64,000 bases of DNA. It comes from an uncultured virus (IMG/VR IMGVR_UViG_3300046468_002484) (lineage: Duplodnaviria > Heunggongvirae > Uroviricota > Caudoviricetes). Numbering within the stretch: position 1 is the first letter of the stretch; the number at the start of each line of letters is the position of its first letter. Below are positions 39,808-49,152 of this stretch, one piece after another. The notes under the pieces were generated by a model, which searched no databases, had not been told where the DNA came from, and saw only the letters and a list, made by a program, of their open reading frames with translations. The position numbers were made by a program, and so were the translations under genes. The DNA is taken from IMG/VR virus record IMGVR_UViG_3300046468_002484. The stretch is one strand, 5' to 3'.

Positions 39808-40419
39808 TTATTTTCCAAATTTGTAACCGAAATACTCAATGTCCTTTGCGTATTTTTCCGCAACAATTTGCTTTGTTTCATCATCGTAGTATTCGGTGTA
39901 GTGTTTGTGTTTCGATTTATTCTTATGTGGAAGTTTTTTTCGTTCAATTCCTATTTTGTCGCAGACAACGTTAAAGTCTTCTTGGAGGTTTTCAAGTCTC
40001 ATTATATAGTCAACCATAATGTTTTCATTTTCGTCTGTTATCCAATCTAGTTGATTGCTTGTAATCCTTTTATGATATGTACATGGAGAAGGACCTCGGA
40101 ATATTGACTCTTGTTTTTGTTTTGTATAAGACGAAGTGATCCTTACAAACTCTGTGAATGCAGGTGCATTAGTCGCATCCCAATCCCACTTTAAGTCCCA
40201 TTTTCTTCTAACATGATAATGATAAAACGAAACTACTTTATCCCACGGGTTTCTTACAGAAGTAAATTTAAAGTATAAATTAAACTCATTTGGATAATTT
40301 AACATATAGGCAGGTGCGTCATCGTGGTCACAAAATCTTCCTGATAAGAGTTTATCTATCGTAGTTCCACCACATTTGTTAATATGAATAAAAATAAATT
40401 TATGTTTATGACTTATCAT
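39808..40419 (-). CDS. Sulfotransferase family 2 protein
   Basis: HINKCGGTT, VRNPWDKVVS, conserved tail. Confidence 0.88.
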   Translation of the reverse strand: MISHKHKFIFIHINKCGGTTIDKLLSGRFCDHDDAPAYMLNYPNEFNLYFKFTSVRNPWDKVVSFYHYHVRRKWDLKWDWDATNAPAFTEFVRITSSYTKQKQESIFRGPSPCTYHKRITSNQLDWITDENENIMVDYIMRLENLQEDFNVVCDKIGIERKKLPHKNKSKHKHYTEYYDDETKQIVAEKYAKDIEYFGYKFGK

Positions 40420-40422
40420 TTC

Positions 40423-40974
40423 TTACTCTCCAAATTTGTACCCGAAATATTCAATGTCTTTTGCGTAAAGTTCCGCAACGATTTGCTTTGTTTCTTCATC
40501 ATAGTATTCAGTATAGTGTTTGTGTTTTGTAGCATTTTTGTGTGGAAGTTCTTTTCTTGGAATTCCAATTTTGTCGCAGACGATACCGAAGTCTTCTTGA
40601 AGGTTTTCAAATCTTCCGATGAAATCTATATTGGGCGGAAATTGTGTTTTTTGAACGCAGGTATGACTGTTTTTTATTCCTTCTTTGTTAATAATAAAAT
40701 CAGAGAAAGTTAAGTTTTTAAAATTCCTCCAAGGCCCGTAACCTTTAGAAGCTTTATTCTTGTATGTAGAAACCAACCTATCCCACGGGTTCCTCACTAG
40801 TGTCCAAGTAAAATAATCTTTATACATATTAGGATCATAAATCTTAAAATGCTCTTTTTGAAATTTAAACAAATCAAAAATAGAACGAGTTCCCGTTTTA
40901 TAAATTACAAAGTATACAAACTTGTAGGAATGACCATATTCCGTAGAAACTCTATACTGTGTACGAATTTTCAT
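40423..40974 (-). CDS. Sulfotransferase family 2 protein
   Basis: IYKTGTRS, VRNPWDRLVS, conserved tail. Confidence 0.85.
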   Translation of the reverse strand: MKIRTQYRVSTEYGHSYKFVYFVIYKTGTRSIFDLFKFQKEHFKIYDPNMYKDYFTWTLVRNPWDRLVSTYKNKASKGYGPWRNFKNLTFSDFIINKEGIKNSHTCVQKTQFPPNIDFIGRFENLQEDFGIVCDKIGIPRKELPHKNATKHKHYTEYYDEETKQIVAELYAKDIEYFGYKFGE

Positions 40975-40977
40975 ATC

Positions 40978-41610
40978 TTACTCTCCAAATTTATACCCGA
41001 AATACTCAATGTCCTTCTTGTACTTCTCCGCAACAAGCTCCCTCGTTTCGTCATCGTAGTATTCACTGTAGTGTTTGTGTTTGTTTTTGTTTTTATGTGG
41101 AAGTTGTTGTTGAATTCCAATTTTGTTACAGATTATGTTAAAGTCTTCTTGGAGATTTTCAAATCTTCCGATGAAATCTGCTTTTAAATTTTTATTTTCA
41201 CATATCAAAAAAGGATGTTGTTCACAAATGTGGAATAATAAAGCATTTTTTGCTTTTCCATTTTTTGGATTTATTTTTAAATTTTTAAGATTTCTGCAAA
41301 AATCTACAAAGTTCAAGTTCCAGTCCTTACCGTGAGAACCAAATTTCCAACTTGAAACTGCACGATCCCACGGATTCCTTACAAAACCAAAAGTAAAAAT
41401 ATTATTTTGTTTTAGATCAAACCATTTTTGACTTCTTTTCATAACATTTAGGTAGTATCTTGTATCAAAATACAATATCGCATTCTGTCTTGATTTGAAA
41501 AAGTTTTGTGCTTCGTAAAGCTTTCTTGTCTTTTTAAATAAAGATATAACTGAAGTGGATGCTGTTTTTGGAATCCGTAAGAAGAGTGCTTTTTTGTAAT
41601 TTTTTTTCAT
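40978..41610 (-). CDS. Sulfotransferase family 2 protein
   Basis: RIPKTASTS, VRNPWDRAVS, conserved tail. Confidence 0.88.
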   Translation of the reverse strand: MKKNYKKALFLRIPKTASTSVISLFKKTRKLYEAQNFFKSRQNAILYFDTRYYLNVMKRSQKWFDLKQNNIFTFGFVRNPWDRAVSSWKFGSHGKDWNLNFVDFCRNLKNLKINPKNGKAKNALLFHICEQHPFLICENKNLKADFIGRFENLQEDFNIICNKIGIQQQLPHKNKNKHKHYSEYYDDETRELVAEKYKKDIEYFGYKFGE

Positions 41611-41613
41611 CTC

Positions 41614-41739
41614 TTACTCTTCAAATTTGTATTCGTAATACTCAGTATCTTTTGCACACTGTTCCTCAACGATTGAACGAGTTTCATCATCGTAGTATTT
41701 TGTATAGTGTTTATGCTCTGTTTTGTTTATTTTTGACAT
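41614..41739 (-). pseudogene. Degenerate orphan sulfotransferase tail
   Basis: [41 protein letters not shown]. Confidence 0.85.
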
Positions 41740-41747
41740 ATTGTAAT

Positions 41748-42563
41748 TTATTTAAGGGTTTTTATACTAAAATCTTTTATCATTTCATCTGTACATATTT
41801 TTTGATTGCGGAACGTCTTATTGTTTCTGCCAGAGTGTTGTTCATCGTGTGTACAATTATATATTGCACTGAAAAATGGTACTAATCCTCCATTGAAACC
41901 TTTTTTTGTGAAAAAATCAAATGAAAATGGATGAGCACCAATTATCATTTTCAAGTAATAATTGTTTGTTGTTTGCAAGACACGATCTTGTGGTGATAAT
42001 ATGTTTATTCCGTAAAAATCTATTTCTTTTTTAATTAATTCAACTTTTGTTATATTACAAGTTCCACACACTATATTAAATCTACGCAAAAAATTAAATT
42101 TATTCCTTTTACCAAGTTTATATCCTTTAACGATTTTTAAAAAATCTTTATCAGAATTATTTACATACTCTGCCAATTTTTTATGAATAAAATCGTCTGC
42201 ATCAACAAACATAACATAATGATTTTCATTATTTACCTTTTGAACCTGACTCACTGCAAGTATATACTTAGACCCCTTATCGATTCTAGCTTGATTTACT
42301 CCGTCCTCCTTAGATATTTGAGTTTTTATCTGCCATGCATCAGAAGATGCAGGTGGTTCCCAGTCAACTTCAATAAATTTAACATTTTTAATTTTTGGAT
42401 TATTCGAAAAATCATGTAATGTCTTGTTAGACACAACAATGACATCAAAATTTTTATCTGTTTGGTTACAAACAGAAACAAGCGTATTTTCCAAAAGTTT
42501 CCATGTTGATTCATACGAATGGCAATTTTCGTAATGTTTAACACATATAATAAAAGTTATCAT
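41748..42563 (-). CDS. GT-A (GT2-like) glycosyltransferase
   Basis: [27 protein letters not shown]. Confidence 0.75.
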   Translation of the reverse strand: MITFIICVKHYENCHSYESTWKLLENTLVSVCNQTDKNFDVIVVSNKTLHDFSNNPKIKNVKFIEVDWEPPASSDAWQIKTQISKEDGVNQARIDKGSKYILAVSQVQKVNNENHYVMFVDADDFIHKKLAEYVNNSDKDFLKIVKGYKLGKRNKFNFLRRFNIVCGTCNITKVELIKKEIDFYGINILSPQDRVLQTTNNYYLKMIIGAHPFSFDFFTKKGFNGGLVPFFSAIYNCTHDEQHSGRNNKTFRNQKICTDEMIKDFSIKTLK

Positions 42564-42569
42564 AATAAT

Positions 42570-43154
42570 TTATTCTCCAAACTCATAATTAAAATACTCA
42601 ATATCTTTTGCGTATTTTTCCGCAACGATTTGACGAGTTTCATCATCGTAGTATTCTGTATAATGTTTGTGTTTTGTGTTGTTGTGGTGTGGAAGTTCTT
42701 GGTGGGGAATTTTAATTTTGTCGCAGACGATTTTAAAGTCTTCCTGAAGGTTTTCAAATCTACCGATGAAATCCATGTTCACACTACCTTTTGCATCTGT
42801 GATCCAGTCAAGTTGATCTGATAACATAAGAAGTTTAAATTTGCTAGGAGTATTGAAATATTTCGGGTTCTTATCATAGATATGTTTTGCCCATTCTTTA
42901 AAGGGTATGGGATTACTACCAAGCTTTGTTTGATTTGTTTTTATTCGGTACTTGTACAAGGATAAGAATCTGTCCCAACTGTTTCTTACGAAAGTGAATT
43001 TAAAATAATCGTTAGAAGATGCTTCTTTATTTAAGTCAATAATTGATTGATGTTTTTTAAATTTGTTTGAATACTTCTTTAATAGCACTTCAATACTCGT
43101 ACCTCCATTTTTATTGATATGAACAAAAATAAATTTATGTTTATGACTTATCAT
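42570..43154 (-). CDS. Sulfotransferase family 2 protein
   Basis: HINKNGGTS, VRNSWDRFLS, conserved tail. Confidence 0.88.
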   Translation of the reverse strand: MISHKHKFIFVHINKNGGTSIEVLLKKYSNKFKKHQSIIDLNKEASSNDYFKFTFVRNSWDRFLSLYKYRIKTNQTKLGSNPIPFKEWAKHIYDKNPKYFNTPSKFKLLMLSDQLDWITDAKGSVNMDFIGRFENLQEDFKIVCDKIKIPHQELPHHNNTKHKHYTEYYDDETRQIVAEKYAKDIEYFNYEFGE

Positions 43155-43157
43155 TTC

Positions 43158-43739
43158 TCATTCTCCAAATTCATAATTAAAATACTCAATGTCTTTTGCA
43201 TATTTTTTGGCAACTAATCCTCTTGTTTCGTCATCGTAGTATTCGGTATAGTGTTTGTGTTTGCTTTTGTTTTTGTGTGGAAGTTCTTGTCGTTCAATTC
43301 CAATTTTATCGCAGATGGTGTCGAAGTCTTGCTGAAAGTTTTCAAATCTTCCGATGAAATCTACTGAAATTTCATTAGATTCACTTACTAAGAACTCGTG
43401 TTGATTTTTGATCGCAAGATTGAAATGATAAAGCTTGATTTTCTGAGCATCTTCACAGCATAAAAACCTGATCCACTCCTGAAAAGACCCTCCATGATTA
43501 AACATACTAAGTGATCGTTTAATCCGAAACTTATAGTATGATACCATCCGATCCCACGGATTTCTGACAAATGTAAATGTAAAATATTTTTTTAAAAACT
43601 CACTGCCTATATCGCTAACCATATTGTGTTTTCCAGTTACATCTTTTATATGTGCATTTCTTATAAATAAAGATTCTATTGACGTTCCACCCGTTTTAGG
43701 TATGTGAACAAAAATAAATTTATGTTTATGATCTATCAC
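43158..43739 (-). CDS. Sulfotransferase family 2 protein
   Basis: HIPKTGGTS, VRNPWDRMVS, conserved tail. Confidence 0.9.
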   Translation of the reverse strand: MIDHKHKFIFVHIPKTGGTSIESLFIRNAHIKDVTGKHNMVSDIGSEFLKKYFTFTFVRNPWDRMVSYYKFRIKRSLSMFNHGGSFQEWIRFLCCEDAQKIKLYHFNLAIKNQHEFLVSESNEISVDFIGRFENFQQDFDTICDKIGIERQELPHKNKSKHKHYTEYYDDETRGLVAKKYAKDIEYFNYEFGE

Positions 43740-43742
43740 ATC

Positions 43743-44357
43743 TCACTCTCCAAATTTATACCCGAAATACTCAATATCTTTTGCGTATTTTTTCGCAACA
43801 ATCTCACGAGTTTCATCATCGTAGTATTCAGTGTAGTGTTTGTGTTTTGTTGAATTTCTATGAGGAAGTTGTTGCAGAGGAATGCCAATCTTGTCGCAGA
43901 TTATATTAAAGTCTTCTTGCAGGTTTTCATATCTACCGATGAAATCTACGTCTTCACTTAGATACTGTAATTGTGACCAATCTTCATCTCTTTGGCCTGA
44001 TTTTATTTTTGAATTGTATCGATGAGCAGAAAATGGTAAGTTGCAGGCAACTATTTGTTTAACATAATTTTCAAAACATAACGAGGATTCTGAAAGTCCT
44101 GCTTTCTTCCACCATTTCTTTCCCGTAAATTTAAATTGTGACACAAGTCTATCAAATGGATTTCTCACAAATGCAAAGAAAAAATAATCTTTATTAACTG
44201 TTTCACGAACCCGTTTGTTATTCAAATACTCAGAATAGGTAAAATGCTTTTTACGATACGAAAAATGAATACAGTATTTATGTAATACCCTTTCTACTGA
44301 AGTGGTTCCCGTTTTAGGGACGGCTATAAATACGAATTTATGTTTATGATCTATCAC
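43743..44357 (-). CDS. Sulfotransferase family 2 protein
   Basis: AVPKTGTTS, VRNPFDRLVS, conserved tail. Confidence 0.9.
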   Translation of the reverse strand: MIDHKHKFVFIAVPKTGTTSVERVLHKYCIHFSYRKKHFTYSEYLNNKRVRETVNKDYFFFAFVRNPFDRLVSQFKFTGKKWWKKAGLSESSLCFENYVKQIVACNLPFSAHRYNSKIKSGQRDEDWSQLQYLSEDVDFIGRYENLQEDFNIICDKIGIPLQQLPHRNSTKHKHYTEYYDDETREIVAKKYAKDIEYFGYKFGE

Positions 44358-44360
44358 ATC

Positions 44361-44960
44361 TCACTCTCCAAATTTATACCCGAAATACTCAATATCTTTT
44401 GCGTATTTTTTCGCAACAATTTTACGAGTTTCATCATCGTAGTATTCGGTGTAATTATTTCTATTGTAATTCTTTAAACCTCTTCCCGCATGTTCTACCT
44501 CATAAACTTCTTGATATTTCAACCCATAATCTTTACATATATTATAGTGTGCATTATATTCTTGTTTGTACCATTTTACTTTTATGTTGAATTTATTCTC
44601 TATAATTGTATGTTGATGCAATGTCTCACTGAAAAGTAGTCGTGGTCTATCGCACACTAAAAAATCTTTAAAGCTTGGAAATTTACCTTTATTAAAATTA
44701 TTATAGAAAGAAAGCAATCTACAATATGGATTTCTGACGATTGTGACTACATCGAGTCCATTTATTTTGCTCACATTATGTTTATTTATACCCGAGTGTT
44801 GTCTGTCTATATGCCAAGTTTTCTGCCACCCCAACCCATTAAGTCGTGGAAAGGAGTTGCGATGATCCTTTGCTATGTAGGAAGATAATATTTTGGTCAG
44901 ACTTGATCCAGATGTTTTAGGTATATGAATGAAGCAAAATTTGTCTTTAACTACAATCAT
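44361..44960 (-). CDS. Divergent sulfotransferase family 2 protein with grafted conserved tail
   Basis: HIPKTSGSS, VRNPYCRLLS; lacks DFIGRFENL yet ends YTEYYDDETRKIVAKKYAKDIEYFGYKFGE. Confidence 0.85.
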   Translation of the reverse strand: MIVVKDKFCFIHIPKTSGSSLTKILSSYIAKDHRNSFPRLNGLGWQKTWHIDRQHSGINKHNVSKINGLDVVTIVRNPYCRLLSFYNNFNKGKFPSFKDFLVCDRPRLLFSETLHQHTIIENKFNIKVKWYKQEYNAHYNICKDYGLKYQEVYEVEHAGRGLKNYNRNNYTEYYDDETRKIVAKKYAKDIEYFGYKFGE

Positions 44961-44963
44961 CTC

Positions 44964-45071
44964 TCAGTCTCCAAAATTATAACCGAAATACTCAGTGTCC
45001 TTTGCAAATTTTTCCGTAACGATTTGTTTTGTTTCGTCAACATAGTAATCTGTGTAATATTTGTGATTTGT
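44964..45071 (-). pseudogene. Degenerate orphan sulfotransferase tail
   Basis: [35 protein letters not shown] in frame after the TGA of the GT32 gene. Confidence 0.85.
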
Positions 45072-45728
45072 TCAAGATTCATCATTCTGCCAACTAGAAT
45101 TCCACCAGTGAGCAGCGAATGCGTCTGGATATTTTTTTTTCAATTCTGTGTGTGTTAGTTTTTTATTTATTCTTTTATCTTTCCACAAAAAGGGGTACAC
45201 ATATGTTGGATCAAACTTTGCAGATTTCTTATACGAGCTTCCATAAGTATCATCTACCATATTAGTCACATATGCTGGACCATATTTTTGTACGCAATGT
45301 TCTTTTTGATGAGTTTTTGTTCTTTGATCAATGCCATCCACTAACTTTTTAACAAAAGTGTTGTGTTTTGTAGATGCTAAAAATGCACCACATATATATG
45401 GACCCGAATGTCGTTGTCGATAAAATATAAAGTCGTCATCACCGAATAGAGGATCAATTGGTTTTAAACATTCAAAATCCGTGTCAATATATAGTCCACC
45501 AAACTGAAACAATATATCAAATCTTAATATATCAGACTTCATTGAATAATTATCACAATCATTTAAATATTGCTCATTGATTATGTTTAAAGTTTTAAGT
45601 TTTTCATCATCCCATAAAATAAATTCCCATTCTGGATTATATTCTTTCCAAGTATTTTGCCATTTAAGTTCCTGTTCAGACAATGGTCTCTTACCCATGT
45701 GTATTTGATGTATAATTTTTGGTATCAT
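45072..45728 (-). CDS. GT32 (DXD sugar-binding) glycosyltransferase
   Basis: MIPKIIHQI, KSDILRFDILFQFGGLYIDTDFECLKP, HWWNSSW. The ORF-track N-extension is an alternative frame of the repeat. Confidence 0.9.
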   Translation of the reverse strand: MIPKIIHQIHMGKRPLSEQELKWQNTWKEYNPEWEFILWDDEKLKTLNIINEQYLNDCDNYSMKSDILRFDILFQFGGLYIDTDFECLKPIDPLFGDDDFIFYRQRHSGPYICGAFLASTKHNTFVKKLVDGIDQRTKTHQKEHCVQKYGPAYVTNMVDDTYGSSYKKSAKFDPTYVYPFLWKDKRINKKLTHTELKKKYPDAFAAHWWNSSWQNDES

Positions 45729-45732
45729 TTTC

Positions 45733-46341
45733 TCATTCTCCAAATTCATATCCGAAATATTCAATGTCTTTTGCGTATTTTTCCGCAACAATTTGCCTTG
45801 TTTCGTCATCGTAGTATTCGGTGTAATGTTTGTGTTTTGTTTTGTTTTTGTGTGGAAGTTCTTGTTGAGGGATTCCAATTTTGTCGCAGATTATATTAAA
45901 GTCTTCTTGGAGATTTTCTATTTTGCCAATAAAATCAGTTACAATGTTTCCTCTCAGATCACACAACCAATTATATTGCAAAGCACCAGTGTTGTCATTA
46001 GAAATATAATCACATTCCCATTTTCTTATCCGTCTAATAAATTGTTTAATATCAAGTGACTTGCACCCGCTGCGCCTCTGTCTATAAAAATAACGCGAAA
46101 CAAGTCTATCCCAAGGATTTCTCACAAATGAAAACTTAAAGTAATTTTTGGTTTGATCGTTTATCATCTGCCTCATATTTTGATGCTTTCTCTGATTTAA
46201 GTGTCCGTATAATTTATTGATTGGAATGTCAATGTGTTCCTTCTTAAATTTATCACAATATTTCGCAAGAACCGTGTCAATAGAAGTTCCTCCGCACTTA
46301 TTAATGTGACAAAACAAGAATTTATGTTTATGACTTATCAT
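45733..46341 (-). CDS. Sulfotransferase family 2 protein
   Basis: HINKCGGTS, VRNPWDRLVS, conserved tail. Confidence 0.9.
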   Translation of the reverse strand: MISHKHKFLFCHINKCGGTSIDTVLAKYCDKFKKEHIDIPINKLYGHLNQRKHQNMRQMINDQTKNYFKFSFVRNPWDRLVSRYFYRQRRSGCKSLDIKQFIRRIRKWECDYISNDNTGALQYNWLCDLRGNIVTDFIGKIENLQEDFNIICDKIGIPQQELPHKNKTKHKHYTEYYDDETRQIVAEKYAKDIEYFGYEFGE

Positions 46342-46344
46342 TTC

Positions 46345-46944
46345 TTACTCTCCAAATTCATAATTAAAATACTCAATGTCTTTTGCGTATTTTTTTGCAA
46401 CAATTTCTCTCGTTTCATCATCGTAGTATTCGGTATAGTGTTTGTGTTTGCTTTTGTTTTTGTGTGGAAGTTCTTGTCGTTCAATTCCAATTTTGTCGCA
46501 GATTGTATCAAAGTCTACTTGGAGGTTTTCAAATCTTCCGATAAAGTCTACATTTTTAACCATCCGTGTGTGTGTCCAGTGGCATTGTGGTCTGACGTGT
46601 GAGTTGTTTTTAGATTTTTTGACAAATTTTTTAAATGACGTATCTTCACTCACTTTGCTCCACTTTTGCACCTTCAAATACTTCCACGCAGATACAATCC
46701 TTGAATACGGATTTCTTACGAAACAAAATTTAAAATAAGTTGAATTCTCAGTTGGTGATATAAAATTAAATCTTTCCAATTGTGCCAAGTTGTAATGTTG
46801 GATTGGTCTACGTTTTATCGAATCCATGCCGATCCCATAGTTTATTTTATCTTTCCCAGTCCAGGCTCCAAATGCTCTCTCAATACTATGACCCGCCGTT
46901 TTTGGAATATGAATAAAAATAAATTTATGTTTATGATTTATCAT
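46345..46944 (-). CDS. Sulfotransferase family 2 protein
   Basis: HIPKTAGHS, VRNPYSRIVS, conserved tail. Confidence 0.9.
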   Translation of the reverse strand: MINHKHKFIFIHIPKTAGHSIERAFGAWTGKDKINYGIGMDSIKRRPIQHYNLAQLERFNFISPTENSTYFKFCFVRNPYSRIVSAWKYLKVQKWSKVSEDTSFKKFVKKSKNNSHVRPQCHWTHTRMVKNVDFIGRFENLQVDFDTICDKIGIERQELPHKNKSKHKHYTEYYDDETREIVAKKYAKDIEYFNYEFGE

Positions 46945-47564
46945 TCTTTAATATAATCTCCATATTCACTTAATACTTCATCTGCATACTGTATATGAGT
47001 TTTTACTCTGCTATCACCACCATTTCTTTTTGGATTATGTCTTTTGCCTGTGTAATTTAATGTCACATTTAAAAATTTCGATAGTTTATCTACAATATTA
47101 TCATTCTCGATATCAATTACCATAAACTTTTCTGAATTATTCGTACCAAAATATTCGTGGACATTACGATGGTAAGACTTTCTTCTTTCGATCCAGTGTC
47201 TTATAATTTGATGCTTACTAGGACTTGTACGATACTCTAAATCAAATTTTCCTGTGTACTGGTCTGAATCTCTGTTTACCCAATGAATCCGACTATAAAC
47301 CCAATTTCTCAAATTTCGGGTATTCAAGATAAATTTTGAATTGGGAAATATTTTATCAAGTTTTTTAAAATCACAAAGCTCACCGTCACTATAACAATCC
47401 CACCTTGAAAAATATTCTGCAATACGGCCGTTCCACTTTCTTCTGGTCAACTCTGTCCAATATGGATTACTTATTGACCTAAATTTATCACTCAATAGAT
47501 TGTGATACGTTGTTGTACCTGTCTTATTGAATCCTATAAAAAATATTTTATTTATATTATTCAT
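46941..47564 (-). CDS. Sulfotransferase (Sulfotransfer_4-like)
   Basis: IFFIGFNKTGTTT, FPNSKFILNTR..WVYS. Confidence 0.8.
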   Translation of the reverse strand: MNNINKIFFIGFNKTGTTTYHNLLSDKFRSISNPYWTELTRRKWNGRIAEYFSRWDCYSDGELCDFKKLDKIFPNSKFILNTRNLRNWVYSRIHWVNRDSDQYTGKFDLEYRTSPSKHQIIRHWIERRKSYHRNVHEYFGTNNSEKFMVIDIENDNIVDKLSKFLNVTLNYTGKRHNPKRNGGDSRVKTHIQYADEVLSEYGDYIKE

Positions 47565-48327
47565 TACACTTTTTATTTTTGATTTTATGACTAAATGCTT
47601 TCATTTTTGTATTTACATTATAGTTCGATTGACTACAATCTTCCGAAACATTCATTTTATAGTGAAAATAACACAACTCATTTTTATCTAATACAAAATC
47701 ATTAGATATATCTGAAATTGGTCTATGATTATGAAATTCTTTTATTGAATGAGACTGAATGAGTGTTTTTGTCAGACCTTGTTTTGGGACGTTGGTCAGC
47801 ACATTTAATTCACCTCCACTTATCACATGATCAACCACTCGTTTGTTTGGTTTTCTATACTCGAACAATACTTGACTTATTCCAATCGCACCTTTCTTTT
47901 GTCTTAAAAAATCCTTAATATCTGCATATTTATCCGAGTAAAAGTATTCATCTGGATCAATACAAGTCCACCAATCTGATTTATTATTTTTTACACAATT
48001 TATATATCCACGATGTTGACATTGCCAAGTTCTCTTACGATCACACCCACCCATTGGAGTCCAGTCGGCTTGAGTTACTTCAGAATACCTCGATACAAGT
48101 TCGTTTAGCATTTCTGTAATCTCGTTGTCTGAAAGATGCTCTGCATAATCAATGTGTGGTTTTTTCTGCCATATCTTCTGACCACTACCAAGACCATCAT
48201 TACATATAAATCCGTGATTATATAAAAATATGTTATCAAATCCAAAATTTAGATTATGCAATATCCACTCCTCAAGATGTAGAATTTCCATTCGTGGGTT
48301 TATCATTGAATAAATTGAAGCTTTCAT
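47557..48327 (-). CDS. GT92/GT2_4-like glycosyltransferase
   Basis: LEEWILHN..GFDNIFLYN, WWTCIDPDEY, KTLI, FHY. Confidence 0.75.
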   Translation of the reverse strand: MKASIYSMINPRMEILHLEEWILHNLNFGFDNIFLYNHGFICNDGLGSGQKIWQKKPHIDYAEHLSDNEITEMLNELVSRYSEVTQADWTPMGGCDRKRTWQCQHRGYINCVKNNKSDWWTCIDPDEYFYSDKYADIKDFLRQKKGAIGISQVLFEYRKPNKRVVDHVISGGELNVLTNVPKQGLTKTLIQSHSIKEFHNHRPISDISNDFVLDKNELCYFHYKMNVSEDCSQSNYNVNTKMKAFSHKIKNKKCNE

Positions 48328-48354
48328 TGCATAGTTATTTTTTGTTTTTCACGA

Positions 48355-49134
48355 TTATAAATTCACTCCATGCTTATTTAGAAACTTAATCATTGCATCA
48401 TCTTTACTTGATGCCAGTTCTATTTTTTGAAGTTCTTTGCTTGTAACTTTTCCTTTATTATGCCCACGATAGTGATTAAACATTAAATCATCATAATCAA
48501 CTACTTTAACATCTCCAATCTGTGGAGTAGGTTGGTGTACTTTGTACGTTTCAATTGGATATGAAATAAGTGTTTTTGTGAATCCGTGATTTTCTCGTTT
48601 CATATATGTTCTGTCACACTCTAATAGTTTTCTAATACACCCACCCGTGCGTTGCTGATACAATTTTTGACCAAGTGTAAAAGCACCATATTTATTTGTA
48701 TCTTGATTCAGCAAAAACTCATTTATATTTTCATAGTTTTTTGATAAAATAAATTCATCAATATCTATAAACAACCACCAATCCGACTTGTTGTTCTCCA
48801 CGCAATGTCTATATCCATTAATTTGACTTCCTGGATATGCACCTGTTTCAATACCATACCTCCAATTCTTCAACTTAACGTTTTTTTTATACTTTTTACA
48901 AATATTTTCTATCATTGAATCTATTTCTTGGTCTGAGTATTGTCCCATATGTTCTGCATAATTTTTTTTCTGCCAAGTTTTACCGTCACCGGGATACATA
49001 GTATCTACTATCTCAAATCCATTATTGTATAGATATATAGTGTCCACACCGACCATTAGATGATGAGAAATCCACTCATCTAAATACATGACCTCAAGTC
49101 GTGGACTAAATAAAGTAAAAATTGAAATATTCAT
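48355..49134 (-). CDS. GT92/GT2_4-like glycosyltransferase
   Basis: LDEWISHH..GVDTIYLYNN, WWLFIDIDEF, NHYR. Confidence 0.78.
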   Translation of the reverse strand: MNISIFTLFSPRLEVMYLDEWISHHLMVGVDTIYLYNNGFEIVDTMYPGDGKTWQKKNYAEHMGQYSDQEIDSMIENICKKYKKNVKLKNWRYGIETGAYPGSQINGYRHCVENNKSDWWLFIDIDEFILSKNYENINEFLLNQDTNKYGAFTLGQKLYQQRTGGCIRKLLECDRTYMKRENHGFTKTLISYPIETYKVHQPTPQIGDVKVVDYDDLMFNHYRGHNKGKVTSKELQKIELASSKDDAMIKFLNKHGVNL

Positions 49135-49152
49135 CTCGATACACCATTTAAT

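Larger units (their letters stand above)
39777..46944 (-). repeat. Array of junction-spanning repeats (sulfotransferase tail + stop + next start/head), roughly every 550-650 bp
   Basis: For example 86 bp identical at 43717-43802 and 44335-44420; 77 bp identical at 43231-43307 and 46418-46494. Confidence 0.92.

Noticed and set aside
24595..42757. ~65-aa paralogous minus-strand ORFs (24595, 40416, 42560) as a gene family
   Set aside because: They are the alternative reading frame of the tail repeat, so their similarity follows from the DNA repeat.
39777..46944. CRISPR array or DGR template/variable repeats
   Set aside because: The repeats are long, imperfect and protein-coding with gene-sized spacers. 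There is no cas or reverse transcriptase in the window and no obvious adenine-specific mismatch pattern.
24602..46944. Classical integron (attC plus IntI)
   Set aside because: No tyrosine recombinase in the window, and the repeat has no palindromic attC structure.
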